This document shows positions 56,346-64,000 of a stretch of DNA of 64,000 nt, piece after piece (within the stretch, counting starts at the first letter, position 1; every line of letters begins with the position of its first letter). The position numbers were made by a program, and so were the translations under genes. The notes beneath the pieces were generated by a model that saw nothing but the letters and a program-made list of their open reading frames with translations, searched no databases and was not told the DNA's origin. Source of the DNA: a virus; IMG/VR virus record IMGVR_UViG_3300020408_000003, positions 1-64,000 of that record. The stretch is one strand, 5' to 3'.

Positions 56346-56894
56346 TTATGCAGCATTAACGCCGTCTGTGGTATTAGATGTCCAGTACTGGTAATTCCAT
56401 GTTACTGTAAATCTTTCAATATCTTCAGCAGCATACGATAAGTCAATTGCACTTACGTCTGCTGGCCAACAATCTTTAAAAGTATAAGTTTTTTTGACTG
56501 TTTCGTTTCTATCAAATTGAGAAACCTGAAGATCAGCGAAATATAACTCGGGATTTTGAGTACCACCGATATCCGCGTGATTTGCAATGGCGTTCATCCA
56601 AGTTTCGAAAGCATTTCTTAACTTGAAATTTACGTCATTAATTATAGTGACAGTCCATTCTGCGAATGATCTATCACCTGCTATTTTTAATTGTCTACCT
56701 CTAAAGGGTACAATTATCGTACCAACTGTTGACGCTGGTAACTGCGCAGCCTCACATAAGAATGATGAAAGATCTGCATCTACATCAACACCTAAACCAC
56801 CCCTTGGATTGTTCATGGTAACTTGAAATAGATTTGATCTTGCACCTCCACCTGTAAGCCTGGCTTTAAATTGATCTACACTACCTAGTGCCAT
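56346..56894 (-). CDS. gp19: Tail tube protein
   Basis: GGARSNLF, FRGRQLKIAGDR.F..WT.T.IND. Confidence 0.96.
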   Translation of the reverse strand: MALGSVDQFKARLTGGGARSNLFQVTMNNPRGGLGVDVDADLSSFLCEAAQLPASTVGTIIVPFRGRQLKIAGDRSFAEWTVTIINDVNFKLRNAFETWMNAIANHADIGGTQNPELYFADLQVSQFDRNETVKKTYTFKDCWPADVSAIDLSYAAEDIERFTVTWNYQYWTSNTTDGVNAA

Positions 56895-56905
56895 TTTTTA
56901 CCTCC

Positions 56906-58720
56906 TTAAACGCCAGCAGTTCCAACAATTTCTTCAAACGATACACCTGTTCTAACAGCCACAAAGTTAAGTGTGACAAAGTTAATTGAACGTGCAGGCT
57001 TGATAAAAATGTTGGCTATGAATTCGTTACGATCAATGACTTCAGCAGTATTAACTGTTTCATCAGCTATTACTCTAAAGTCTGTTATTCCTCTTCGAGC
57101 TTTAACATCTCTGAGGACTGGTTCAATAATATTAACAAATTCTGCTCTTGTAAATTCATCGTTGAATTCGAACATTACATTCTTAGCAGCTTGTGCGATT
57201 GCTCTTTCAAGCGTTAAGAATAATCTTCTACAATTAATTCTGTCAAAAGCAGACGGTCTGTTAAATAATGTTTTATCGCCAAATAAACAAATTCCTGATC
57301 CACTTACATTAACGACTGGATTAACACCAGCTTTATATAGTGTATCTCTATTTGTTTTATTTGGATTATAATTAAGACCTGTTACACCTAATAACTGACC
57401 TCTTCTAGTACCAGCTGGTGAAAACCATGGTGCCTGTGTTCTATCAGTTTCAGCCATGAGACCAGCAACTGAAGAAGCAGCAGGTATTTCAATGAATTGA
57501 TCGTTAAACTTATCAAAGACTTTTAAGTAACTACAATCCATGATACCGTAAGAACTTTTTGTTATTGTAGCTGCAGTAGCAACTACGTTTGTAGTCACTG
57601 TTGTTTCATTTGATTGACCAACAACGTCTGATCTGCATGGTGAAGAAACAACTACGCAATCTTTTCTTGCTGTAGCATTTGCAATAAGATCGTTTGTTAC
57701 GGTTGTTTGATCTGATCTAACTTCCATACCTGGTGCAATTAAGAAATCAACTTCAACTGCTTCAACATCTTCAAATAGATCGTGACCAGTTGCGATTTCG
57801 GCAGTACCAAGTGCATTAGAATTAACTCCACTATCAAGTGAATAATTTAATACTTTGATATTTGCTCCTTCTGGAATAAAATCTTGTTGAGTACCAGTCA
57901 TAGCGGTTCCAGCAAGAATACCATGTGCAGATACTGTTATATTACCAGGAAAACCAACCATATGAATATATTGTGATCTTTCATTTATTACAGTCTTCAT
58001 AAAATTGCTTCCGCCATCTTGAGCTTTTGAATTTGACGCAACAGATACATAAGGATAAGTTTCGAGTACTGTTCCCTTTGTTCCTGATATCTGTCCATCT
58101 TCGTCAATAACTGCAACGTGAACTTCTGTCTTAGATCCACCAGCTGCTGAATCAAGAGCTGATGATCCTGGTGCTGCATCAAAAGATGATTTATAAGCCC
58201 AGTTATCAAACGCTGAGTCATTTAATGTCGGTGTACATACAGATATTTGTAATGAATTTCCTAAAGCTCCAGGAAATCGAGCAATAAATGATTGTTTATC
58301 AGTATTTAATATACCTTCTTGTGATGTAAAATTATCTTTATTTTTTACTGTAGGCGCACTTGTAGCCGTATGATCTCCGCCAGTTTGCATTTCTGCTGTT
58401 GCTGGAGTTCCTCCGCCTATCGCACCTCCTGCTCTAGAATTTTTAGCATGAGATGTTATAGCTCTAACGACTTGTAGTGAACTTGAATAACGCAAAAAAT
58501 ATGATGCGTTGTGAAAATCTATTGTGTTTGTGGTGTCTGGTGTCGAGTGGACATTTATCAAATCAGCTTCATTTGATATGAGTGTTCTTTGCTCGACAGG
58601 ACCCCATCTAAAATTTCCAACGATTGCTCCAGTGGAAGTTTGAACATTGGGTACGCCGCCCGTTGCATCAATTTCCTTTACAACAACCGCAGGTGATTGT
58701 GATGGTGTGAATAGTGCCAT
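56906..58720 (-). CDS. gp18: Tail sheath protein
   Basis: SP.VVVKEID, PWFSPAG..RG, SAFDRIN.RRLF, FEFNDEFTR; TATAAATA at 58783-58790. Confidence 0.97.
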   Translation of the reverse strand: MALFTPSQSPAVVVKEIDATGGVPNVQTSTGAIVGNFRWGPVEQRTLISNEADLINVHSTPDTTNTIDFHNASYFLRYSSSLQVVRAITSHAKNSRAGGAIGGGTPATAEMQTGGDHTATSAPTVKNKDNFTSQEGILNTDKQSFIARFPGALGNSLQISVCTPTLNDSAFDNWAYKSSFDAAPGSSALDSAAGGSKTEVHVAVIDEDGQISGTKGTVLETYPYVSVASNSKAQDGGSNFMKTVINERSQYIHMVGFPGNITVSAHGILAGTAMTGTQQDFIPEGANIKVLNYSLDSGVNSNALGTAEIATGHDLFEDVEAVEVDFLIAPGMEVRSDQTTVTNDLIANATARKDCVVVSSPCRSDVVGQSNETTVTTNVVATAATITKSSYGIMDCSYLKVFDKFNDQFIEIPAASSVAGLMAETDRTQAPWFSPAGTRRGQLLGVTGLNYNPNKTNRDTLYKAGVNPVVNVSGSGICLFGDKTLFNRPSAFDRINCRRLFLTLERAIAQAAKNVMFEFNDEFTRAEFVNIIEPVLRDVKARRGITDFRVIADETVNTAEVIDRNEFIANIFIKPARSINFVTLNFVAVRTGVSFEEIVGTAGV

Positions 58721-58794
58721 GTTTGCCTCTCGGTTTCTAATTAATAAGATTCATAATACGGTTGTTATCAATTACTATGATATATTTATATAAT

Positions 58795-60408
58795 TTAGAA
58801 ATTAGAGTAATTGTTCCATTGTCCGTCATGATCAAATTCTATTACCCATTCTGGTTTTTTTACTTCTTCTTCAACGTATTGAGATCCATCGTCGATGTGA
58901 CCAAACGGTACAACATCGTCTTCAATCTCTTTCATTTTTTGTTTAAAAATCATTTCTTTTAAATTAATATCTGTCATATCTCCAAAATATTTACTTGTCA
59001 CAAAATACCCGAATAATACGAAATTCATAATTAAATCATCATGATTACCATCAGAAGCTTCGTATGATTGTCCTTTTGAAATAAAAGTAGAAGCTTCAAA
59101 TATAGTATTTTCATCTTGTATCATTATTTTATTATTTTCTAATAAATCTTTTAAAGCTGAACAACCTAATCTTTTCGTTTTACGAGTCATTTCAATACCC
59201 ATTTTGTCTAGTCGAATAGCCGATTCTGAATGCATATTTTCGTATTCTAAATCTTGATATAAACCGTTACAAACTAAAGAACCTTGGTCATTTGACTCAA
59301 TTATTACATAAGATTTATTGTAGACGTTAGCCCATTTATAAATAATGTTGGGGAAGAGAATAGGTGAAATAGTATTATTGCGATACACAGCTACCTGTCT
59401 GAACGGGCGAACGCTAATATCGACTAAGTTAAAGGTAGAATAATCCTGGCCTCTTCCCTTTGCAACATCCACACACATAACATATTCGTGCTTATCTTTT
59501 GGTTGCTCATACATTTGAAGACTTCCGTTTTCGTATATTTTTTCTGGCGGACGAGCTCTCATCTCCATCAAAGTCTGTGCGTTTATAAGAGTATCGCCTG
59601 TACCGAAAAAGGTATTACCGAATTCTTGATCAAATTGTAATTGAGAGGTATTTGATATCGTAGCTTCTTTCCATTTCTTATCTCTGCCAGGAACGTCCCA
59701 CCAATCAACACGAAATGGCTTAAATTCATTTACGTTTTGTACAGCTCCCTGCCATATATTATAAAACGTATTACCAATACCATTAGCAGTAGAAGTTACG
59801 ATTATCTTTGTATCTTTACCAGCAGAAACAACAGGATAGGTTGAAGTATAAAATTCAGCTGCTCGTTCGACGAATGCAAATTCGTCTAAATATAATAAGT
59901 TAACAGAAAGACCACGAATAGAACTCCCGGAAGTAGCAGCAGCAATGATACGAGAATTATTTGAAAACTCAAGGGAACCTTTGTTAAGAGCTTTACTACC
60001 AGGCTGTAAGAAGAACGGAGTATTTTCCAACATGAGAGTAACACGAGAAAGCATTTCTCTTGCAGTAGCTCCTTTATTTGCCAAAATCGCAATAGTCTTT
60101 TCTGAATTGAATAATGCAAACCATAGTAAGTAGGCGCAGGCACTGATTGACTTACCAGATTGACGACATGCGAGAACGACATTAAACCTATTCTCCTCGA
60201 ATTGATTAAACATTTTCTTTTGATAAGGATATAATTTAAAAGGTACAAGACCTTGATCTAATGAAATAATTTTACAATATTTTTCTGCAAAATATGAAGG
60301 GCTTTTCATACATCTAGAATATTCCTCAACTAATTCAGCCGACCATTGTTGTACAACACCGTCTTTTTTTACATTAGGATTCCCTAGATAACTCTGTACT
60401 TGGTGCAT
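58795..60408 (-). CDS. gp17: Terminase large subunit
   Basis: RQSGKS, LDEFAF, STANG, DVAKGRGQDYS, HDDL. Confidence 0.97.
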   Translation of the reverse strand: MHQVQSYLGNPNVKKDGVVQQWSAELVEEYSRCMKSPSYFAEKYCKIISLDQGLVPFKLYPYQKKMFNQFEENRFNVVLACRQSGKSISACAYLLWFALFNSEKTIAILANKGATAREMLSRVTLMLENTPFFLQPGSKALNKGSLEFSNNSRIIAAATSGSSIRGLSVNLLYLDEFAFVERAAEFYTSTYPVVSAGKDTKIIVTSTANGIGNTFYNIWQGAVQNVNEFKPFRVDWWDVPGRDKKWKEATISNTSQLQFDQEFGNTFFGTGDTLINAQTLMEMRARPPEKIYENGSLQMYEQPKDKHEYVMCVDVAKGRGQDYSTFNLVDISVRPFRQVAVYRNNTISPILFPNIIYKWANVYNKSYVIIESNDQGSLVCNGLYQDLEYENMHSESAIRLDKMGIEMTRKTKRLGCSALKDLLENNKIMIQDENTIFEASTFISKGQSYEASDGNHDDLIMNFVLFGYFVTSKYFGDMTDINLKEMIFKQKMKEIEDDVVPFGHIDDGSQYVEEEVKKPEWVIEFDHDGQWNNYSNF

Positions 60409-60721
60409 CTACAACCTTTTCATCTTTTTCTTTTAACAATTTTTGTAGATCAGCTGTTGATCCTAAAAATATATTATTTTGTTGATGTTCTACTTTTTTA
60501 AGTGGTTCTTCTAAATCTTTATTCTTTTTATTTAAATCCATCAATCTATCGTTAACGTCAGATAAATTCTTTATCATATTAGATAATACTTCAAATGCAC
60601 GAGGATGCTCGGATTCTCTAGCAACTTGCATCATCGTTTCTAAACTATCTTTACCTTTTTCTAACAGTTCATAATAAGTTTCACGTGAATATTCATAATC
60701 ACTTTTAATTTTATCAGACAT
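60374..60721 (-). CDS. gp16: Terminase small subunit (start 60721)
   Basis: DYEYSR, ESEHPRAFEV, NNIFLGSTADLQK. Confidence 0.93.
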   Translation of the reverse strand: MSDKIKSDYEYSRETYYELLEKGKDSLETMMQVARESEHPRAFEVLSNMIKNLSDVNDRLMDLNKKNKDLEEPLKKVEHQQNNIFLGSTADLQKLLKEKDEKVVDAPSTELSRES

Positions 60722-60722
60722 T

Positions 60723-61100
60723 TTAACAGTTCCATCTACGTCTAGCAGCTTTACCTCTTTCGCCTGTCCAGTTTTTTGAACGAGCACAAAATGATTTTCT
60801 TCTTGCAGCGGCTTTGCTACCAGGTTTTAATTTACTTGGAGGAGTAGTAACCGCTGTTTGAAGCTTACTTCCAGGATTTTTTCTTCTATATGCAGCAACC
60901 CCTTTCGCCGTCATTCCAGCGCCCTTAGAAACTGGTAAAAAATTACCACTTTTCTTGGAAGTACTTACCGGATTTGATTCGCGATCTTCATTTTTCGGAA
61001 CGCAGTTAGGAACCATACGATTCCCTTTCTTTTTCATTCCAACTTGTTTGTGAGTTGACCAACAAGGCTTATCTTCTCTTATTTGTTTAAAAGTTTTCAT
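60723..61100 (-). CDS. Basic protein with capsid-targeting-like leader (DUF6321-like)
   Basis: MKTFKQIRE, CW...G.KKK..VPNCV, RRKSFCAR. Confidence 0.7.
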   Translation of the reverse strand: MKTFKQIREDKPCWSTHKQVGMKKKGNRMVPNCVPKNEDRESNPVSTSKKSGNFLPVSKGAGMTAKGVAAYRRKNPGSKLQTAVTTPPSKLKPGSKAAARRKSFCARSKNWTGERGKAARRRWNC

Positions 61101-61927
61101 TAGCTACCAAAACCTCCGTCACTGTCTTGACCAAAAATAGTCGTTGTAAATCCAAAGTCACTATCAGGACTACCGATAGTGGTTAATGGATTAGGATCGA
61201 TTTGAACTGTTTGTAATCTAACGTCTGAATCTACTGTTAAACCACGTGATGAATCTGTAAAACCAACTGTTGGATTAAATACCTTTGCAACTGATCTACG
61301 TATAATTTTAGATGTTGGAATGTTACCATAAAAATTTGTTCTCATTTCAAAATCTAAAGTGTATATAATCGTTCTTCTGCTTCCTAAATCTCCTTCATAG
61401 TCATCAGCAAATCCAACACCAGCAATACTAATCGGTATGTCTTCTAAAAAATTTGGATGCTCTGTCATAAATGGTTTTATAGTTAAAGTATATTGTGGAT
61501 TAAATGTCGGCAATATCTGTTCTACTATCTGTAAAGCATCATCTTGATTTTTAGCGTACGCGTTCAATTGAAATCCAATAACGTATGGTACTGCTGTATT
61601 AAACTTTTTGCGACTTTGATTGTTTGCTGCGTTATTTGTAAAGTTATTTAATTTAGATAGTTGTCGAGTAGTATCATATGCAATGTTTGTAATCTCAAAA
61701 GACATGCGAGGCAATTTTATAGCAACTCGAGTATCCTCTCTTAAATCAGGATTTTCTCTTATTCTTTCTAAATATTTTGCCTTTGGTGCATAAGACAGTG
61801 GAACTTTAAGTTGACTTATAACTTTACCACTAGAATTTTTACGAATGACATATATGTTATTAAAAAGTCTGCCAAATATAGCAACGCATTTTTTTGTCTT
61901 TTCATGATAGAAATGTGTACCAAACAT
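61100..61927 (-). CDS. gp15: Tail sheath stabilizer
   Basis: FYH, VPLSYAPK, LPRMSFE, QIVEQILP.F.P, DDYEGD. Confidence 0.95.
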   Translation of the reverse strand: MFGTHFYHEKTKKCVAIFGRLFNNIYVIRKNSSGKVISQLKVPLSYAPKAKYLERIRENPDLREDTRVAIKLPRMSFEITNIAYDTTRQLSKLNNFTNNAANNQSRKKFNTAVPYVIGFQLNAYAKNQDDALQIVEQILPTFNPQYTLTIKPFMTEHPNFLEDIPISIAGVGFADDYEGDLGSRRTIIYTLDFEMRTNFYGNIPTSKIIRRSVAKVFNPTVGFTDSSRGLTVDSDVRLQTVQIDPNPLTTIGSPDSDFGFTTTIFGQDSDGGFGS

Positions 61928-61929
61928 AA

Positions 61930-62193
61930 TTAACCCTCATAAATCTTCTGAAGGTGATCTTCAAACGCTTCTACTTTTGACAATCTATCAGGCCAAAGTA
62001 TGTATTCTTTTTCAGGATTCTTTTTTAAATTATTTAAAAGTGGTGTTATCGCATTAAATAATTTATCTAATTTTTCCTTTGTTTCATCGGCTGAACTTGC
62101 AACAGTTTCAGCTTTCTTAGTAGCGGTTTGTACTGCTTCTAATTCTTCTTCATCAACTGCTGTAAATCCAAAATCAAAAAAATCATCTGCCAT
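61930..62193 (-). CDS. Conserved hypothetical protein
   Basis: FDFGFTAVDEEEL...PLLNNL..NPEKEYI.WP.R. Confidence 0.75.
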   Translation of the reverse strand: MADDFFDFGFTAVDEEELEAVQTATKKAETVASSADETKEKLDKLFNAITPLLNNLKKNPEKEYILWPDRLSKVEAFEDHLQKIYEG

Positions 62194-63077
62194 TAATTAT
62201 TCTCCACATCACCGAATGGATTACTTTCTGTAAAGTCTAAGAAATCAGTGTTAGTAGTAAAATCTGTATTTTGTTCGTTATTAGCAAGTTTATTATCTTC
62301 AGTTATCCCGGTTATTGCAAACCCAGTTCCATCGGGTATTGTTATAATTCTATTTAAATTAAAATTATGAAACTTACCATCAGTAGCACCAACGTGAATC
62401 AAGCTCAGTGTTTTTGTAGTACTATTGTAGTTTGAAACTTCACCAGTAATTGAAATATTTTCAGCGCTATCTAACATTTGACTAACAGTCATACCATTAG
62501 TAATCAAATTAGTATTATTTTGTAATACAAGATTATATGTATATGCAAAATCTTTATCGATATCATCAACTTTAGTAATACCAGTATCCATGTCTTCGCC
62601 AGAATACTCGAATAACTGAGCACGACATTTAAATACCGGAACGTTTTGTAGTTGAAAGAATGGTTGTTCGTGCTCTACAAAGGTGATTTCAAATATTTTA
62701 TTACTCATAATCGAATAAATCAAATCACCTTCTCTTGGACGATTTGAACTTATTTGATTATTTGCTCGCGTTACTGTTTCTTTCCATCTTCTCCTTGATA
62801 CAACAAACGTTGCTTCATCTCTTATTTCAACGCCAAATTTGGTAAACAAATCCCCTTCACCATCAAAGCCTTCAATGTTTTCGATATACATTTCAATTTT
62901 ATAAGCGTCATCAAACATAGACGGAACGTCTTCACCAAAAATTCTATTTTCATTTACAACCGTACGAGGTAAGTAATAACAATCTTGACCATAGATCTTT
63001 AACGATTCTATTACAAGATTTTCGTAAAGTGTTTGTTCTGATTTAACATTTGATCTGATGTTGAAGTTAGTTGGCAT
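62193..63077 (-). CDS. gp14: Neck protein
   Basis: ESLKIYG.D.YYLPR, KFG.EI.DE, RPREGDLIY, NPFG. Confidence 0.95.
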   Translation of the reverse strand: MPTNFNIRSNVKSEQTLYENLVIESLKIYGQDCYYLPRTVVNENRIFGEDVPSMFDDAYKIEMYIENIEGFDGEGDLFTKFGVEIRDEATFVVSRRRWKETVTRANNQISSNRPREGDLIYSIMSNKIFEITFVEHEQPFFQLQNVPVFKCRAQLFEYSGEDMDTGITKVDDIDKDFAYTYNLVLQNNTNLITNGMTVSQMLDSAENISITGEVSNYNSTTKTLSLIHVGATDGKFHNFNLNRIITIPDGTGFAITGITEDNKLANNEQNTDFTTNTDFLDFTESNPFGDVENN

Positions 63078-63078
63078 A

Positions 63079-63834
63079 TTACCCTACAAACATATCTACT
63101 GGCATTTCGTGTTCTAATCTTAATCTTTCTCTTAAAGCTTCTAACTCTCCTTGAGCATCGTCGTATAATTGTCGACCGTTAATGATAACTCCACCGGGTA
63201 ATTGCATACCTTCAAACTTCATAAGATTTAATCCCCATTGTTCTTTTATCAAAGCAGTTGCATAAGCTTTTAACCAAAGATCATTGTATACCGAAGTATG
63301 AGAATCAGGATCTATTATGGCAAATACTTCTGCTATGATAAAATCATTTAACTTAATATCTTTATCTGCCCAATCACCAAAAATATATAATCTTTTTTGT
63401 TTTCTTGACCATTCAATTTGAGGTGCGCCATTTAACTTCATGTCTAATATTGAAAGATACTGTTGAAGCTGTTCGTAGTAAGCTAAATCACCGGCAAAAT
63501 TTTGTAAATCTGCTATATCATTCAGCATCATTTGATATTTAATATCGAAAAAATTGAAAGATGCGCCAAATGAACTTCCAAATGGAATAAGTCTTTTAAT
63601 ATAAAGAACACTATCCATTATAGTGATATACTTATTAGTTACGTCATCAGCAGTAATTTGATGTTTAAGATAGGCTCTAAAGGTACCGTCAGAATGGTAT
63701 TCTTGAAAATATTGTAAAGCTTCATCAATACGATCTTCAATTTGATCTTCATCAACATTGACTTCGATAACTGGCTCACCAAGTTTTCTTTTACAATATT
63801 GTATTAATTTATCTCTGGAATTTGGATTTGCCAT
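63079..63834 (-). CDS. gp13: Neck protein
   Basis: LGEPVIEVNV..DQ, WLK.YATALIK.QWG.N..KF.G.QLPGG; TATAAATA at 63855-63862. Confidence 0.95.
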   Translation of the reverse strand: MANPNSRDKLIQYCKRKLGEPVIEVNVDEDQIEDRIDEALQYFQEYHSDGTFRAYLKHQITADDVTNKYITIMDSVLYIKRLIPFGSSFGASFNFFDIKYQMMLNDIADLQNFAGDLAYYEQLQQYLSILDMKLNGAPQIEWSRKQKRLYIFGDWADKDIKLNDFIIAEVFAIIDPDSHTSVYNDLWLKAYATALIKEQWGLNLMKFEGMQLPGGVIINGRQLYDDAQGELEALRERLRLEHEMPVDMFVG

Positions 63835-63857
63835 AATTTCCTCTGTTTATATCCTAT

Positions 63858-64000
63858 TTATACGAAACTAGTAAATACAAAACAATAGTAGTTTGTGCTA
63901 GAACTTCCACCATCACCCCAAAAAAATTGATCGGCATTAGTATCACCACCGTTTTTATTGTTAAAACCGTAAGCTTCAGTACCACTCATCCCAATATCAC
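63858..64000 (-). CDS. C-terminal end of an upstream gene (possibly fibre/virion protein), truncated by window edge
   Basis: Open frame ...DIGMSGTEAYGFNNKNGG...FVFTSFV*; its stop codon overlaps the gp13 late promoter. Confidence 0.5.
   Translation of the reverse strand, partial: DIGMSGTEAYGFNNKNGGDTNADQFFWGDGGSSSTNYYCFVFTSFV

Noticed and set aside
31928-60408. Inteins, introns or homing endonucleases in gp43, gp46, gp17, gp23
   Set aside because: Proteins are of ordinary length with contiguous motifs; no HNH, GIY-YIG or LAGLIDADG ORF recognised
60-62233. Many short plus-strand and alternative-frame ORFs in the track
   Set aside because: Shadows of well-supported minus-strand genes; only 11496-12641 and 15809-16321 are convincing on the plus strand
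1-64000. CRISPR array, integrase, transposase, reverse transcriptase
   Set aside because: No regularly spaced repeats or diagnostic motifs seen by eye

Overview
AT-rich 64 kb segment of a large T4-like (myovirus) dsDNA phage genome, almost entirely encoded on the minus strand. The right half carries the neck/terminase/tail/head module (gp13-gp23, gp3) and the core replication, recombination and transcription genes (uvsY, uvsW, gp55, gp47, gp46, gp45, gp44, gp62, regA, gp43, uvsX, gp41). The host is probably an alphaproteobacterium, inferred from a circularly permuted two-piece tmRNA, a ROSE-like element, a CtaH-like protein and leaderless mRNAs. Most notable non-core content: (1) a late operon pairing an Asn/Asp-tRNA-synthetase-like catalytic domain that lacks an anticodon-binding domain with a 113-nt tRNA(GUU) carrying a 41-nt variable arm and U37; (2) a minimal permuted tmRNA whose 157-nt intervening segment is itself highly structured; (3) a cytosine hypermodification locus combining a gp42-like dCMP hydroxymethylase with an aGPT-pyrophosphorylase-like transferase, UDP-sugar-acid enzymes and a cytidylyltransferase; (4) a ten-gene radical SAM / 2OG-Fe(II) oxygenase tailoring island; (5) enzymes with capsid-targeting-like N-termini; and (6) a readable promoter grammar with an upstream TGT-N12-ACA box. 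All assignments come from motif recognition by eye; no searches were run.
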